A stretch of 62,988 bases of DNA, counting the filler, from Octopus bimaculoides (lineage: Eukaryota): the NCBI RefSeq assembly GCF_001194135.2. It is 6 parts of 6 records of this genome, joined end to end, with 100 filler letters (N's around TTAATTAATTAA, not from the genome) between each part and the next. Parts side by side here need not be neighbours in the genome. Positions count along the whole stretch, not along the records: positions 13,633 to 43,213 come from NC_068996.1; positions 43,314 to 58,080 come from NC_068982.1; 4 more parts are not named here. One strand, 5' to 3'. Below, one piece after another: positions 37,326 through 48,557 of this stretch; positions within the stretch are counted from its first letter, which is position 1; each line of letters begins with the position of its first letter. The translations under genes and the position numbers were made by a program. The notes under the pieces are model-generated. The model worked only from the letters and a program-made list of their open reading frames with translations. It had not been told where the DNA came from and searched no databases.

Positions 37326-38763
37326 ATAATGATAATAATGAAAATAATAATGGCTTCAAATTTAGGCACAAGATCAGCAATTTTGGGGGTAGGGGCAAGT
37401 TGATTACATTGACCACCAGTGTTCAACTGGTACTTAAGTTATCAATCCCAAAAGGACTAAAGGCAAAGTTGACCTTGGTGGCATTTGAACTCAAAACAGA
37501 GAGGGATGAGATGCCACTAAGCATTTTGTTTGGCATGCTAACAATTTTGCCAGCTTGCAGTATTAATAATAATAATAATAATCCTATCTACTATAGGCAC
37601 AAGGCATGAAATTTGGGGGTGGGGGATAGTCAATTATATTGACTCTAGTACTCAACTGGTAACTTATTTTAGCAACCCCAAAAGACTAAAAGGCAAAGTT
37701 GACCTCGGTGGAATTTGAACTCAGAACATAAACCAAAATACCACTAAGCATTTTGCTCGGCATGCTAACAACTCTGCCAGTTCACTTTAATAATAATAAT
37801 AATAATAATAATAACAATAATGATGAATTGCCATGGTTTATGTATTTCTAGTTTCAATACATGACCTCAGATCAATTTATGCAGTAAATAAGTCAAACTG
37901 AGGAATAAAATTTTTAAAAATATTCCTTAGTTTCATTCACAGCTGTTTCTAGAATGTCTATGCATATTTGATTGGTTTGAATCAATATATCATACCACTG
38001 TGATTGTTCTATTGATCCCAGTAAATTTCAAATTCCAAACTGTACTGAATTAAATGATGTTTCTCAGTACCAAATTAAACGGGGGGAAAAATTAATCCAC
38101 AGTCAATCTGTACAAACTTCCATCAATACTGGGTGATTAAAAGAGTATCTCGCCTGCTTTAGAGATGAGTCACTTTAATTAATTAAGTACTGAGGGTAAT
38201 TAACGGACTGTTAGTCACTTATTTTCTTTCTGATAGAAGTGAAATGAAATGCTAAAAGCTGTGAGCAATTAATGAAAGAGAGAAATGTAGTTGTGAGTGG
38301 AAGGAGAAGATGTGGGGAGTTTAAAGATAATTGAAAGATAAAGAATATAAAAAAAAAAAAAGTTCATGGCATTCGTTATCAGGTCACCTGAAATCTTACC
38401 AATCAATGACTATATTTTTCTAACATATGACCTGCAGTAGCAGTTGGTTTTTAGAAAGGTTGTTCACAGCAGCCCAGTTATATATGATTTTAGTATCGTG
38501 TGTGTGTGTGTGCCTGCGCATGTGTGTGTGTGTCATCATCATCATTATCGTTTAACATCTGCTTTCCATGCTGGCATGGGTTGGATGGGTTGACTGAGGA
38601 CTGGCAACCCAGTAGGCTGCACCAGGCTCCAATCTGATCTGGCAAGGTTTCTACTGCTGGATGCCCTTCCTAACACCAACCACTCCGAGAGTGTAGTGGG
38701 TGCTTTTTTACATGCCACTGGCACAAGAGCCAGTCAGGGGCACTGGCTTTGACCACGTTTGGA

Positions 38764-38807
<44 letters not shown>

Positions 38808-40459
38808 CGTAGGCCTCCGTCGGTCAGTACACATACGCACACACAAACACACATCATTCGTTTTGTACCGTTACCTGTCTTAGTGCTTATTCTCTGTCCA
38901 TTTCCTAGAATATAAAGCCTTTAACAGAGGTGTCAAACACACACCACAACCATTTTAGGTCCTCCCCCTCTCCTTGCAGATTTCGATTTTGCCAAAATAA
39001 GAAACGGTTCCAATTTTTTTTTTTAATGGGAATGGAAAGTGGGAGAGGGAAATGAAATTTTGAATTTCTTTCAAAGCAAAATTTTGTTATCGGTTGCTAT
39101 CCTCCATTTTCATCTCGTAATTAAATCATCAAAGTCTTGTCTGTAACCAAAGCAAACCTTTAAATAGCTTAAACCAGACACAGGCAACCATTTTCATGAG
39201 AAACAGGCCACACAAAACTTGGATTATTATCAGGCAGGTGACACTGTTCAAAAAAAACTTCAAGTAACTTTTCATTTCAGTATGTCATTCAGAAATTCTT
39301 ACTGGTTGTAAGGTTGCTCATTACTGGCTTAAAACACAGTACCCATAACTTTTTATGGGGGCCTCAAAGACATGTCGAGGAACAGGGTGAGAAACTATGG
39401 CCCATCAAGTATAGTTCACTGACGGGATTTGATACAGTTTCCTATCCAATTTTATTCCCAAGGCTTATGCTAGCTCAAGTTTATTGTAGACAGACTTCTG
39501 TATAGTCTCCATCTGCTTGAATTCACTTCCTCTTAAAAGAAGTATGTCAAATGTTGGTGTTGATTGAAGTTGCTGCACCCTCCTTCAAAAATGTTTGACC
39601 TTGAACTATAATATTAGAAAATATTAATATTACATTTATTTGCACTGTGTTGTCATTTATGATTGTCATTAGATTTATTAGTGCATGACATTTGGTAGAT
39701 TTATAATGTTAATATATTTTCGAAGAATAACAAGGCCACTTCACTTCGTAACATATAACAGTTTATATAAATTGTCTGTAGTCTATATTGTTATGAATAT
39801 ATAAGCATATATAAAAGAAAGAAAAAGACAAATTAAATAAGACGGATTGTGTAATAATTTGGTCAAGTATAGAACTGATTTGTAAGATTCTTTCATAATA
39901 TAAAATAATCAAACAAGCATCCTTTCAAAATTATTACGGTGGAGTGACACCTTCCTTGTATAATAATAGCTTCAGATGAAAGAAAGGAATTAAATAAAAA
40001 GATTAGGTGTTTTAATGTTGCCCATCTATAGAGTTTTATTTGTAATGTAAGATTATCTAACAGATCATTTTCTTTTTTTAACACCTGTAGATGAAGTTGT
40101 CATTGCATGTGAATGGCGTCAGCTATCTCAAATTATTGTTTTGCTATAAAAATGCTAATTTTTGAGGAGCCTTCCTTTTCAATAGGGTTTTTTTTTTGTC
40201 TTTGTTGTATTATTATCCTCATTCCTCAATCTGATATATCTAACCAATAAGGTAAGATGTCACCGTTTCATCTTCGTTTGTTTGTTTGATTGATAACTGT
40301 TGTATCTACTCAGGTATCACAGACTCAATCTGCACAAATTGAGAATTAGATGGTAAATGATATCAGGCACAACTAAAACTATGACCCCCCCCCCCATACA
40401 ATTCTATTTATACTCAGGTACATCACAGCATATCTTAGACATTACTTTCCAACTTATAG

Positions 40460-40515
40460 TCAGGAGTATAAAATACATATAAATTCAATGGATGGCTTTT
40501 CTGAAGAAACATCAG
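40460..40515 (+). CDS. Candidate exon, unassigned
   Basis: Acceptor ctttccaacttatag, open frame QEYKIHINSMDGFSEETS, donor CAG|GTATGT. No recognisable homology. Confidence 0.25.
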
Positions 40516-41454
40516 GTATGTGTCACAAAGGAATTTTTTGGAGGAAGCCTTAGTCAAGATTTGATCACTGATTGTTCATATTCATGTAATGTTGAGTCTC
40601 TTAACCCTTTTGCATTAGATTTACTTTGTCAAAAGTAATCCCTATTTGTTCACATCTTGTAGGTTTGAGATTTCAATGATATGAATGTTTTATTTTTATA
40701 ATGACATTGAAGGGTCAATGTGAAAGGCTGGATCTGTATAGTTTTAACATAATGCAGGTAGAATATTTGAGCCAGATATGGTTGGTTTATATGCTAATGG
40801 GTTAAAGTACAAATCTGTGTGTGTGTGTGTGTGTGTGTGTTTGTAAACACAGCAGTTTTTCAGTTGGAGTGTTCACAGAGTGATGGGATATGGTATATCC
40901 AAAAAAAAAAAAAAATCTCTGGGAAAAATAACTTAGCAATGGATTAATAATATTAAGTATGTAATAAGAGCATACTGCGATGGACTGGCGTCCCGTCCAG
41001 CTGGGGGAAACACATATGCCATAGAAACCAGGAAACCGGGCCCATGAGCCTGGCTAGGCTTGAAAAGGGTGAGGAAAAAAAAAGAAAAATAAGAGCATAT
41101 TTTGGACAATGGTTATTTTTGACAAAAGTATGTGAGCATGTTGTAGGAATGTTTTATCCCTTCAACATTTAAACTGGCCATGTCCAGCCCAAATATTCTA
41201 CCTGTGCTTTGTCCAAAATGACCAAACCCAGCCTCTCACACCTATCCTACTATGACAGTCTGAAAATAAGCACTTACATTATCAAACTCTTGAAATGTCT
41301 GATTACTTCAAAATAATGTAAATGAAATAAGCATTACATTTGATAGAGTGATCTAAATGCCAAAGGGTTAAAGTATGGGTTCTGTGGCAGATAAAATGAA
41401 GTCAGAACTGCTATATATACAAATAAATATAATAAATGCTCAGGCATGGAACAA

Positions 41455-41825
41455 TCAAAATGCCCATTGATGAACCTCTGTATGAGTACAAATCTTGTAT
41501 ATAAATGTATTGTGCACACGAGGGGAAGGTTGTATGTTTACATTGGGCAAAAGGCTGATTCATTCAAGAATCATTGTTGCAACCATGTTGCCAGCTTCAA
41601 GACAATCAATGAGAGACATTGAACATCTTTGGCCAATTTCGTGTGGCAACTTAAGGAAGACCAAATTAAGTATAATGTAATTTGGTCCATTAGTTAGGCA
41701 TATATCATTTCCAGGAGGTTCTGATTCTGCTCCGAGGAATCCCTGTCTATTCTGTGGACCAATGAGAAGATCATTAAGATTTCTGAAAGACTCTCAAGAT
41801 GCCTACATACCTATAAGTGTATTTT
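41455..41825 (+). pseudogene. Decayed GIY-YIG endonuclease from a second PLE lineage
   Basis: SKCPLMNLCMSTNLVYKCIVHTRGRLYVYIGQKADSFKNHCCNHVASFKTINERH*TSLANFVWQLKEDQIKYNVIWSI, then frameshifted GG..C..C..EKII..SRCLH. This matches the PLE EN pattern CPL.G.C...N.VY..YIG..F..H..SF..T.L...W.LK. Confidence 0.75.
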
Positions 41826-42192
41826 TGCATAATGCAGTGGGAATGAATTTGAGTAACTGTTAACATGATTTACTTAAAGGTATGGATGAATTGAATTTAG
41901 TTTTAACCTCCCCATTCTTATAAACACCAAGTAGCTGTTTTACTTGCTATGTGAATGTAGTGTGCTAAACTACACGTGTGTGAATGCTTGCATCTTTGCG
42001 GATGCTTGTATGAGTGAGTATACATGTGCCATACAACTTATGTGAGGGCCTTTATACATCCATATCCTTTAATGGTTATTGTTAATACATTTTTCGCTGT
42101 GCTGCATGTTTGTTTCTTTTTTGCATTACACGAAATGAGAAGATTCATCGTGGAACTGTTATTTTAATGAGTTATGTCTATTTATCACCCAG

Positions 42193-42267
42193 AGTGACAC
42201 ATCTGCACCATCAGATGCTCCTGAACCAGTTGTTAAGTGTCCCACCCATGAGGGATCAATTCTAGAT
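42193..42267 (+). CDS. Candidate 75-nt phase 0-0 exon, possibly of the host gene
   Basis: Acceptor gtctatttatcacccag, open frame SDTSAPSDAPEPVVKCPTHEGSILD, donor GAT|GTACGG. Confidence 0.35.
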
Positions 42268-42491
42268 GTACGGAAACAATTGTAGTGATTAATGGAAATT
42301 CTCGTATCTTCCATTTACCATATATATATATATATATAAAGCTGTTGTATACTGTCAACTTAATGTGACAGTCCCAATAAGGGAATCATACTGCTGCTAT
42401 TTAGCCCTAGGAAGCTGGACTGCTTCCTGTCGGCCTTGACACATTTCCTGTGTCCTTATGTTTGTGAGGGGGAGACAAGCACTTCCACCCA

Positions 42492-42527
<36 letters not shown>

Positions 42528-44492
42528 GTGCCTGTGAAGGCACATTCCTTAGTGATTAGGGTGTTGCACTTGTGATTGTGGGTTTGATTCATAGACCAGG
42601 TGTTGCGTTGTATTCTTGAGCAAAGCACTTCATTTCATATTGCTGACATGTGGCACCTGTACAGGTAATGTCGATTTGATGGAGGGAGTGAGCTTATGTG
42701 TACACAAACATTTGATCACCATAAACAAATCATGTGTGTGGCTGTTCAGCAACAAATTGCCAAACCCTCACACATTGTCTAAGAATGGGAGAGTCCATCA
42801 TATAATCATGGACTCTCCCATTGTTAGACGATGTGAAAGGGTTCAGCAATTTCTTGCTGAACAACCACACAAATGATTTATATATACTCTTTTAATTGTT
42901 TCAGTCATTTGACTGTGGCCATGCTGGAGCACTGCCTTTAGTTGAGCAAATTGACCCAGGACTTATTCTTTGTAAGCCTAGTACTTATTCTATCGGTCTC
43001 TTTTGCTGAACCGCTAAGTTACGGGGACGTAAACACACCAGCATTGGTTGTCAAGCGATGATGGGGGGACAAACACAGACACACAAACATATACACACAT
43101 ATATATACATATACATATATACGACGAGCTTCTTTCAGTTTCCGTCTACCAAATCCACTCACAAGGCTTTGGTCGGCCTGAGGCTATAGTAGAGGACACT
43201 TGCTCAAGGTGCCNNNNNNNNNNNNNNNNNNNNNNNNNNNNNNNNNNNNNNNNNNNNTTAATTAATTAANNNNNNNNNNNNNNNNNNNNNNNNNNNNNNN
43301 NNNNNNNNNNNNNGTTAATGTGCAATACTTCAATCGAACATTGCAAATAATTTTTATTGTGTATTTAAAATTGTAAATATTTAATCGATACAGCTTCTTC
43401 ACCCATTTTATGTTTGTCTGTCCTTGTTCGTCCCCTCTTTGTAATGCCTTTATGGCAAATATTTCTGACATAAAGAAGTTTCCTTCCCAACTACATGGTT
43501 TTGAGTTCAGTTCTCCTGTGTGACACCCTGAACAAGTGTCTTCTACTATAGTTTCGGGCCGACCAAAGCCTTGTGAGTGGATTTGGTAGATGGAAACTGA
43601 AAGCCTGTTGTGTGTGTGTGTGCTTGCCCTCCAGCAAAGTTTGACAACCGGTTTTGGTTTGTTTACGTCCGTGTGTACTCTAGCAGTTCGGCATAAACGA
43701 CCGATAGAATAAATACCAGGTATAAAAAAAATTTAAATACTAGGGTCGAGTTATTCGATTAACAATTTCTTTACAGCGGTGCCCCAGTATGACTGCAGTC
43801 TGATGACTGTAAAAGATAAAAATAAAAGATAAAAGAAAAAAGATATATACAACAGGATCTCTCTCACTTTGCGTCTTTGTCAGCCCGGGGCTATAGGTTG
43901 AAGACACTTTCCCAAAAAAAAAAATCTGCCTCGTTGGTACGAATTAAAGCTAAAGAGTTCAGCATATTTAAGAGGAAGACATAAAGGAGAACGACAGGGT
44001 CAATAAAAGGACAAATAAGAGAACGTGACCTAAAGAGAAGAGAGAGAAAGAAACGGAGAAAGAGAGAGAGAGAGAGAGAAAAACGGAGAAAGAAAGGGAG
44101 AGAGAAAAGTGTCTAAAAATAACAGGTTTCGGAATTGGGGTGGGGAATGTATGGAAGATGCTCAAAAACTGTCCTGTAGGTTTCCCTCAAGTCTGCTAAA
44201 GAGGTGGGCGCGGTGGGGTGAAGTGGGGTAGGGGCTACAAGTGAAGATCAAAGTGTTTTGAAGAAGAATCCTGTAATTCCATTGGTATTTTCTATCTGTG
44301 TGACCCCTCCTTGTAAATTTATCCACCATTCTTCAAACCCATCAAATAAACAAATATTCATATCTTATAATTATATTTAATATTTGCTTTAATTAATATC
44401 ACGTAACATGCATTATTTCATCGTGAGATATAATGTATTTGTGGATATAAGTTTGTTTATTTTTATTCACAGGATATACTGCATTGGTTTGT

Positions 44493-44871
44493 GGAGGCGC
44501 AATGGTCCAGTGGTTAGGGCAGCGGACTCGCGGTCATAGGATCGCGGTTTCGATTCCCAGACTGGGCGTTGTGAGTGTTTATTGAGCGAAAACACCTAAA
44601 GCTTCACGAGGCTCCAGCAGGGGATGGTGGCGAACCCTGCTGTACTCTTCCACCACAACTTTCTCTTACTTCCTGTTTCTGTTGTGCCTGTAATTCAAAG
44701 GCTCAGCCTTGTCACACTGTGTCACGCTGAATATCCCTAGGAACTACGTTAAGGGTACACGTGTCTGTGGAGTGCTCAGCCACTTACACGTTAATTTCAC
44801 GAGCAGGCTGTTCCGTTGATTGGATCAGCTGGAACCCTCAACGTCGTAAGCGACGGAGTGCCAACAACAAC
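44493..44871 (+). mobile_element. Full-length, young-looking tRNA-derived SINE (family C) with (CAA)n tail
   Basis: Head ggcgcaatggtccagtggttagggcagcggactcgcggtcataggatcgcggtttcgattccc with intact A and B boxes and CpGs retained. Imperfect TSD ATACTG(C/A)ATTGGT at 44476-44488 and 44872-44884. Confidence 0.88.
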
Positions 44872-45445
44872 ATACTGAATTGGTGATCTTAGTAATTATG
44901 TATTCATGTAAAACTGCGAGCTGGTAAGATCGTTAGCCCGTCGGACAAACTGCATAGTGGCATTTCTTCCGACTCTACACGCTCTGAGCTCAAATACCGA
45001 GGTCAGCTTTACCTTTTGATCCTTTAGGGAGGCGGGGTCGATAAAATAAAGTACCTTTTAAGTAATGAATCCGATGTAATCGACTTGCCCCTACCTACAA
45101 AAACGTATGAATACATAATTTGAAACAATTATGTATTCATAAGGCACAGGCATAGCTGTCTGATTAAGAAGTTAACTTTGCAACTATGGGATTCCAGGCT
45201 CGTTTAAACATCCACTTTTTCATACTTCTTGCACAGGTCGAACGAGAATAGACTGAAGCAGAGTTTCAACTGTCAGATGCTCTTCCTGTCCCCAACTCTC
45301 AGCTGCTTCCAATCCTTTCTGTCTATCGAACAATGAACAGCCCAGACACGGTTAAGTGGAGAACTGGAAATAAAAGGAAACTGCTTGAAGGATCACACAA
45401 GTGAAGACAGTGCAGGCAGAGTACTAACACAGAGACAGACAGACA

Positions 45446-45543
<98 letters not shown>

Positions 45544-47034
45544 AGTGGAGGAGGAGGAGGGGAAGAAGGAAAAGGAGCAAGCGGAGGAGGAGAAGCAGGA
45601 AGAACTTCTCTTCTTCATTACCACCACCACCACCACCACCCTATGCTGGTTGTTTTGTGTTATTGTTTCCCTTTATGGGATAAATTGTCTCACCTCAACT
45701 ATTAATGGTGGTGGTGGTGGTGGTGGTGGTAGTGATGGTGGTGGGTGGTCATGCTGCTGCTGCTACTGATGATGATGATGGCGATGATGATGTTATACAA
45801 CAATACACACACACACACACACTCGCACTCACATATAAATGCATAATAAACGTTTTATATCATATTTCCAAATTACTAAATATTCATATTTATGGCTTTA
45901 TTCTTTTATTCTTTTATTTTCTTACTTATTATTCCAGTAGACATTAAGTGCCTTTGGCCGTAAATTAGGTTCTAGGTGGTTGGTTTCTAATCAAAGCTCT
46001 GAGAAAATAGTTTTGACATTTATGATGGGAGTTAAAACAGCTTTGGTAAATAAGAGAAAATTGACAATTTATAATTATTTCAATTAATTTTACATGCTTA
46101 GTAGAAGAGCCATAGAGTAAGTTTGGGCAACCTTTTCCATGAAGCAGGCCACTAAAACATGGCCCACAAGGTGAGCAGCACTGTTAAAAACAAAACTTGA
46201 AACAAGATTATTTCCCTTAAGCCATTGTTTCTCAACCATTTTTACCCTTGGATCCTTTGATTCCCATTTTACTGAGGTGGGCCCTCATAAACAGTTGGTG
46301 TTTAAAGAATCCCAGGCATGGCAATGTGGTAAGAAGTTTGCTTCTCAACCACATGGTTTTGGGTTCAGTCCTATTGCATGGCACCTTGGGCAGGTGTCTT
46401 CTACTATAGCCTCCAGTCAACCAAGGCCTTGTGAGTGGATTTGGTAGATGGAAACTGACAGAAGCCTGTCGTATACATACACACACACACACACACACAT
46501 ATTCTTTTATTCTTTTATTTGTTTCAGTCATTTGACTGCGGCCATGCTGGAGCACCGCCTTTAGTTGAGCAAATCGACCCCAGGACTTATTCTTTGTAAG
46601 CCTAGTACTTATTCTATCGGTCACTCTTGCCGAACCACTAAGTGACGGACGTAAACACACCAGCATCGGTTGTCAAGTGATGTTGGGGGGACAAACACAG
46701 ACACACAAACATATACATACATACATACATATATATATACATACGACGGGCTTCTTTCAGTTTCTGTCTACCAAATCCACTCACAAGGCTTTGGTCAGCC
46801 TGAGGCTATAGTAGAAGACACTTGCCCAAGGTGCCACACAGTGGGGCTGAACCTGGAATCATGTGGTTAGTAAGCAAGCTACTTACCACACAGCCACTTA
46901 AATTAATCATACATCATCTTGTAGTTTTAAGATTCTAATGATGTAATTGTTTATATTTAGAACAATATTGTGGGACGGATGTTAGAGGCCAGATCCAACT
47001 AGTTTGAACATGATTCATGCAGAATATTTGGTTT

Positions 47035-47165
47035 GGATAAACACTGAAAATGTGCAGAAAATAACTTCTGCCACATTCCAGGGAGAAAAACTAGAAGTAG
47101 TTGATAGCTTCGTTATCTAGGTGACCAAGTTAGTAGCGGGGGAGGGTGCACTGAAAGTGTAGCTA
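47035..47165 (+). mobile_element. RTE LINE fragment just C-terminal to the RT
   Basis: TFQGEKLEVVDSF.YLGDQVSSGGGCTESVA, a typical RTE 'F.YLG' motif. Confidence 0.8.
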
Positions 47166-48178
47166 ATGGCATGTAAAAAGTACCATTCGAGTGTTGGGCC
47201 TCATGGGGTAGTGACATTAAGCCAAGTGAGAAAGTAGTCATGGTCGATGCCAGTGTCATGTAACTGGCTCATTTAAAAGCACCCTGCTATCCTTGGGCGA
47301 TATGTCGATATGTCGTACTTGTGAGGACGTGTCGAACTGAGTGAAATTGTAGTCATGGCTGATGCTAGTGCTGCCTGACTGGCACCTGTGCCAGTGACAT
47401 GTGGAAAGCAGCATTTGAGCATTGGGCCTCATGGAGGCAGTGACAAGTGACCAAGACCTTTGGCAATATACTGTGCTTGTGTAGACCTGTCAAGCTAATT
47501 ATGGCAAGTGCTAGTGATAGATGAATGGCACCTGTGCTGGAGGCATGTAAAAGGCATCCACTACACTCTCAGAGGAGTTGGCGTTAGAAACCTTGAGCCG
47601 TAGAAACCTTGGTAAATCAGATCGGAACTTGGTGCAGCCCACCTCTTACCAGTTTACAGTCAAACCATCCAACCCATGCCAGCATGGAAAGCGAACATTA
47701 AATGATGATGATGATGATGATGATGATAATAATGATGATGAGGATGATGACAATGATGATGTTGACAATGATGATGATGACAATGATGATGATGACAATG
47801 ATGCAAGCTACTTTATTTTATTTCATAAATATTTGTCATAAAGGCATTACAAAGAGGGGACGAACAAGGACAGACAAACATAAAAGGGGTGAAGTAGCTG
47901 TATCGATTAAATATTTACAATTTTAAATACACAATAATAATGATGCAAGCTACTTACCACACAGCCACTTCTGCATACAGAAAATTCAGAAAAGCATATG
48001 AATTGGCCTCTATACTAGCAGCATTAGGGTAAGACCTGAGAGAGGTTATATATATTGAAGTATGTAGGTGAGTAATCAATGAATATGATCTTTTACCTCT
48101 TACTTGTCTCAGTTATTGGACTACAGCCATGCTGGAGCATCTTTTGATGTGTCTAGTTGAACAAATTGACCCCAGTTC

Positions 48179-48365
48179 CATATTTAAGAAATGAGGAATT
48201 ATTTACATTATTTACATTATTTACATTATTTACATTTGACGGATATTTGTCCTCATCTTGTTTGTTGTTAACGCAACGTTTTAGCTGATATACCCTCCAG
48301 CCTTCATCAGGTGTCTTGGGGGAAATTTTGAAACTGGGTTCTCATTCCTAAAGTATTTTTCGATG

Positions 48366-48435
<70 letters not shown>

Positions 48436-48557
48436 TATTATTATTATTCAGGTCACTGCCTGGAATCAAACTCGGAATCGTGGGGTCAGTAGCCTGTGCT
48501 CTTAACCACTATGCCATATGCCTGTGGGCAAATGTAAATAATGTAAATAATGTAAAT
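48179..48557 (-). mobile_element. Composite non-autonomous retroelement: tRNA-like head + (AAT)n + hammerhead-ribozyme motif + (AATGTAAAT)n tail
   Basis: A box at 48506-48516, B box at 48462-48471, hammerhead motif at 48270-48316, 29-bp inverted ends, and a direct repeat (aaat)tgaccccagttc at 48163-48178 and 48554-48569. Confidence 0.8.
48270..48316 (-). ncRNA. Minimal type I hammerhead ribozyme motif, probably inactive in this copy (G12 changed to A)
   Basis: Minus strand reads AGACAC CUGAUGA A GGCUG gagggUAUAU CAGCU AAAA CGU U GCGUU: core CUGAUGA, 5-bp stem II, AAAA in place of GAAA, palindromic ACGU stem III, GUU cleavage triplet, and stem I GACAC/GCGUU with one mismatch. Confidence 0.7.

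Noticed and set aside
44493-44570. Functional tRNA gene
   Set aside because: The acceptor stem does not close and the sequence continues into a shared SINE body and tail. The same applies to the heads at 8618 and 48450-48525.
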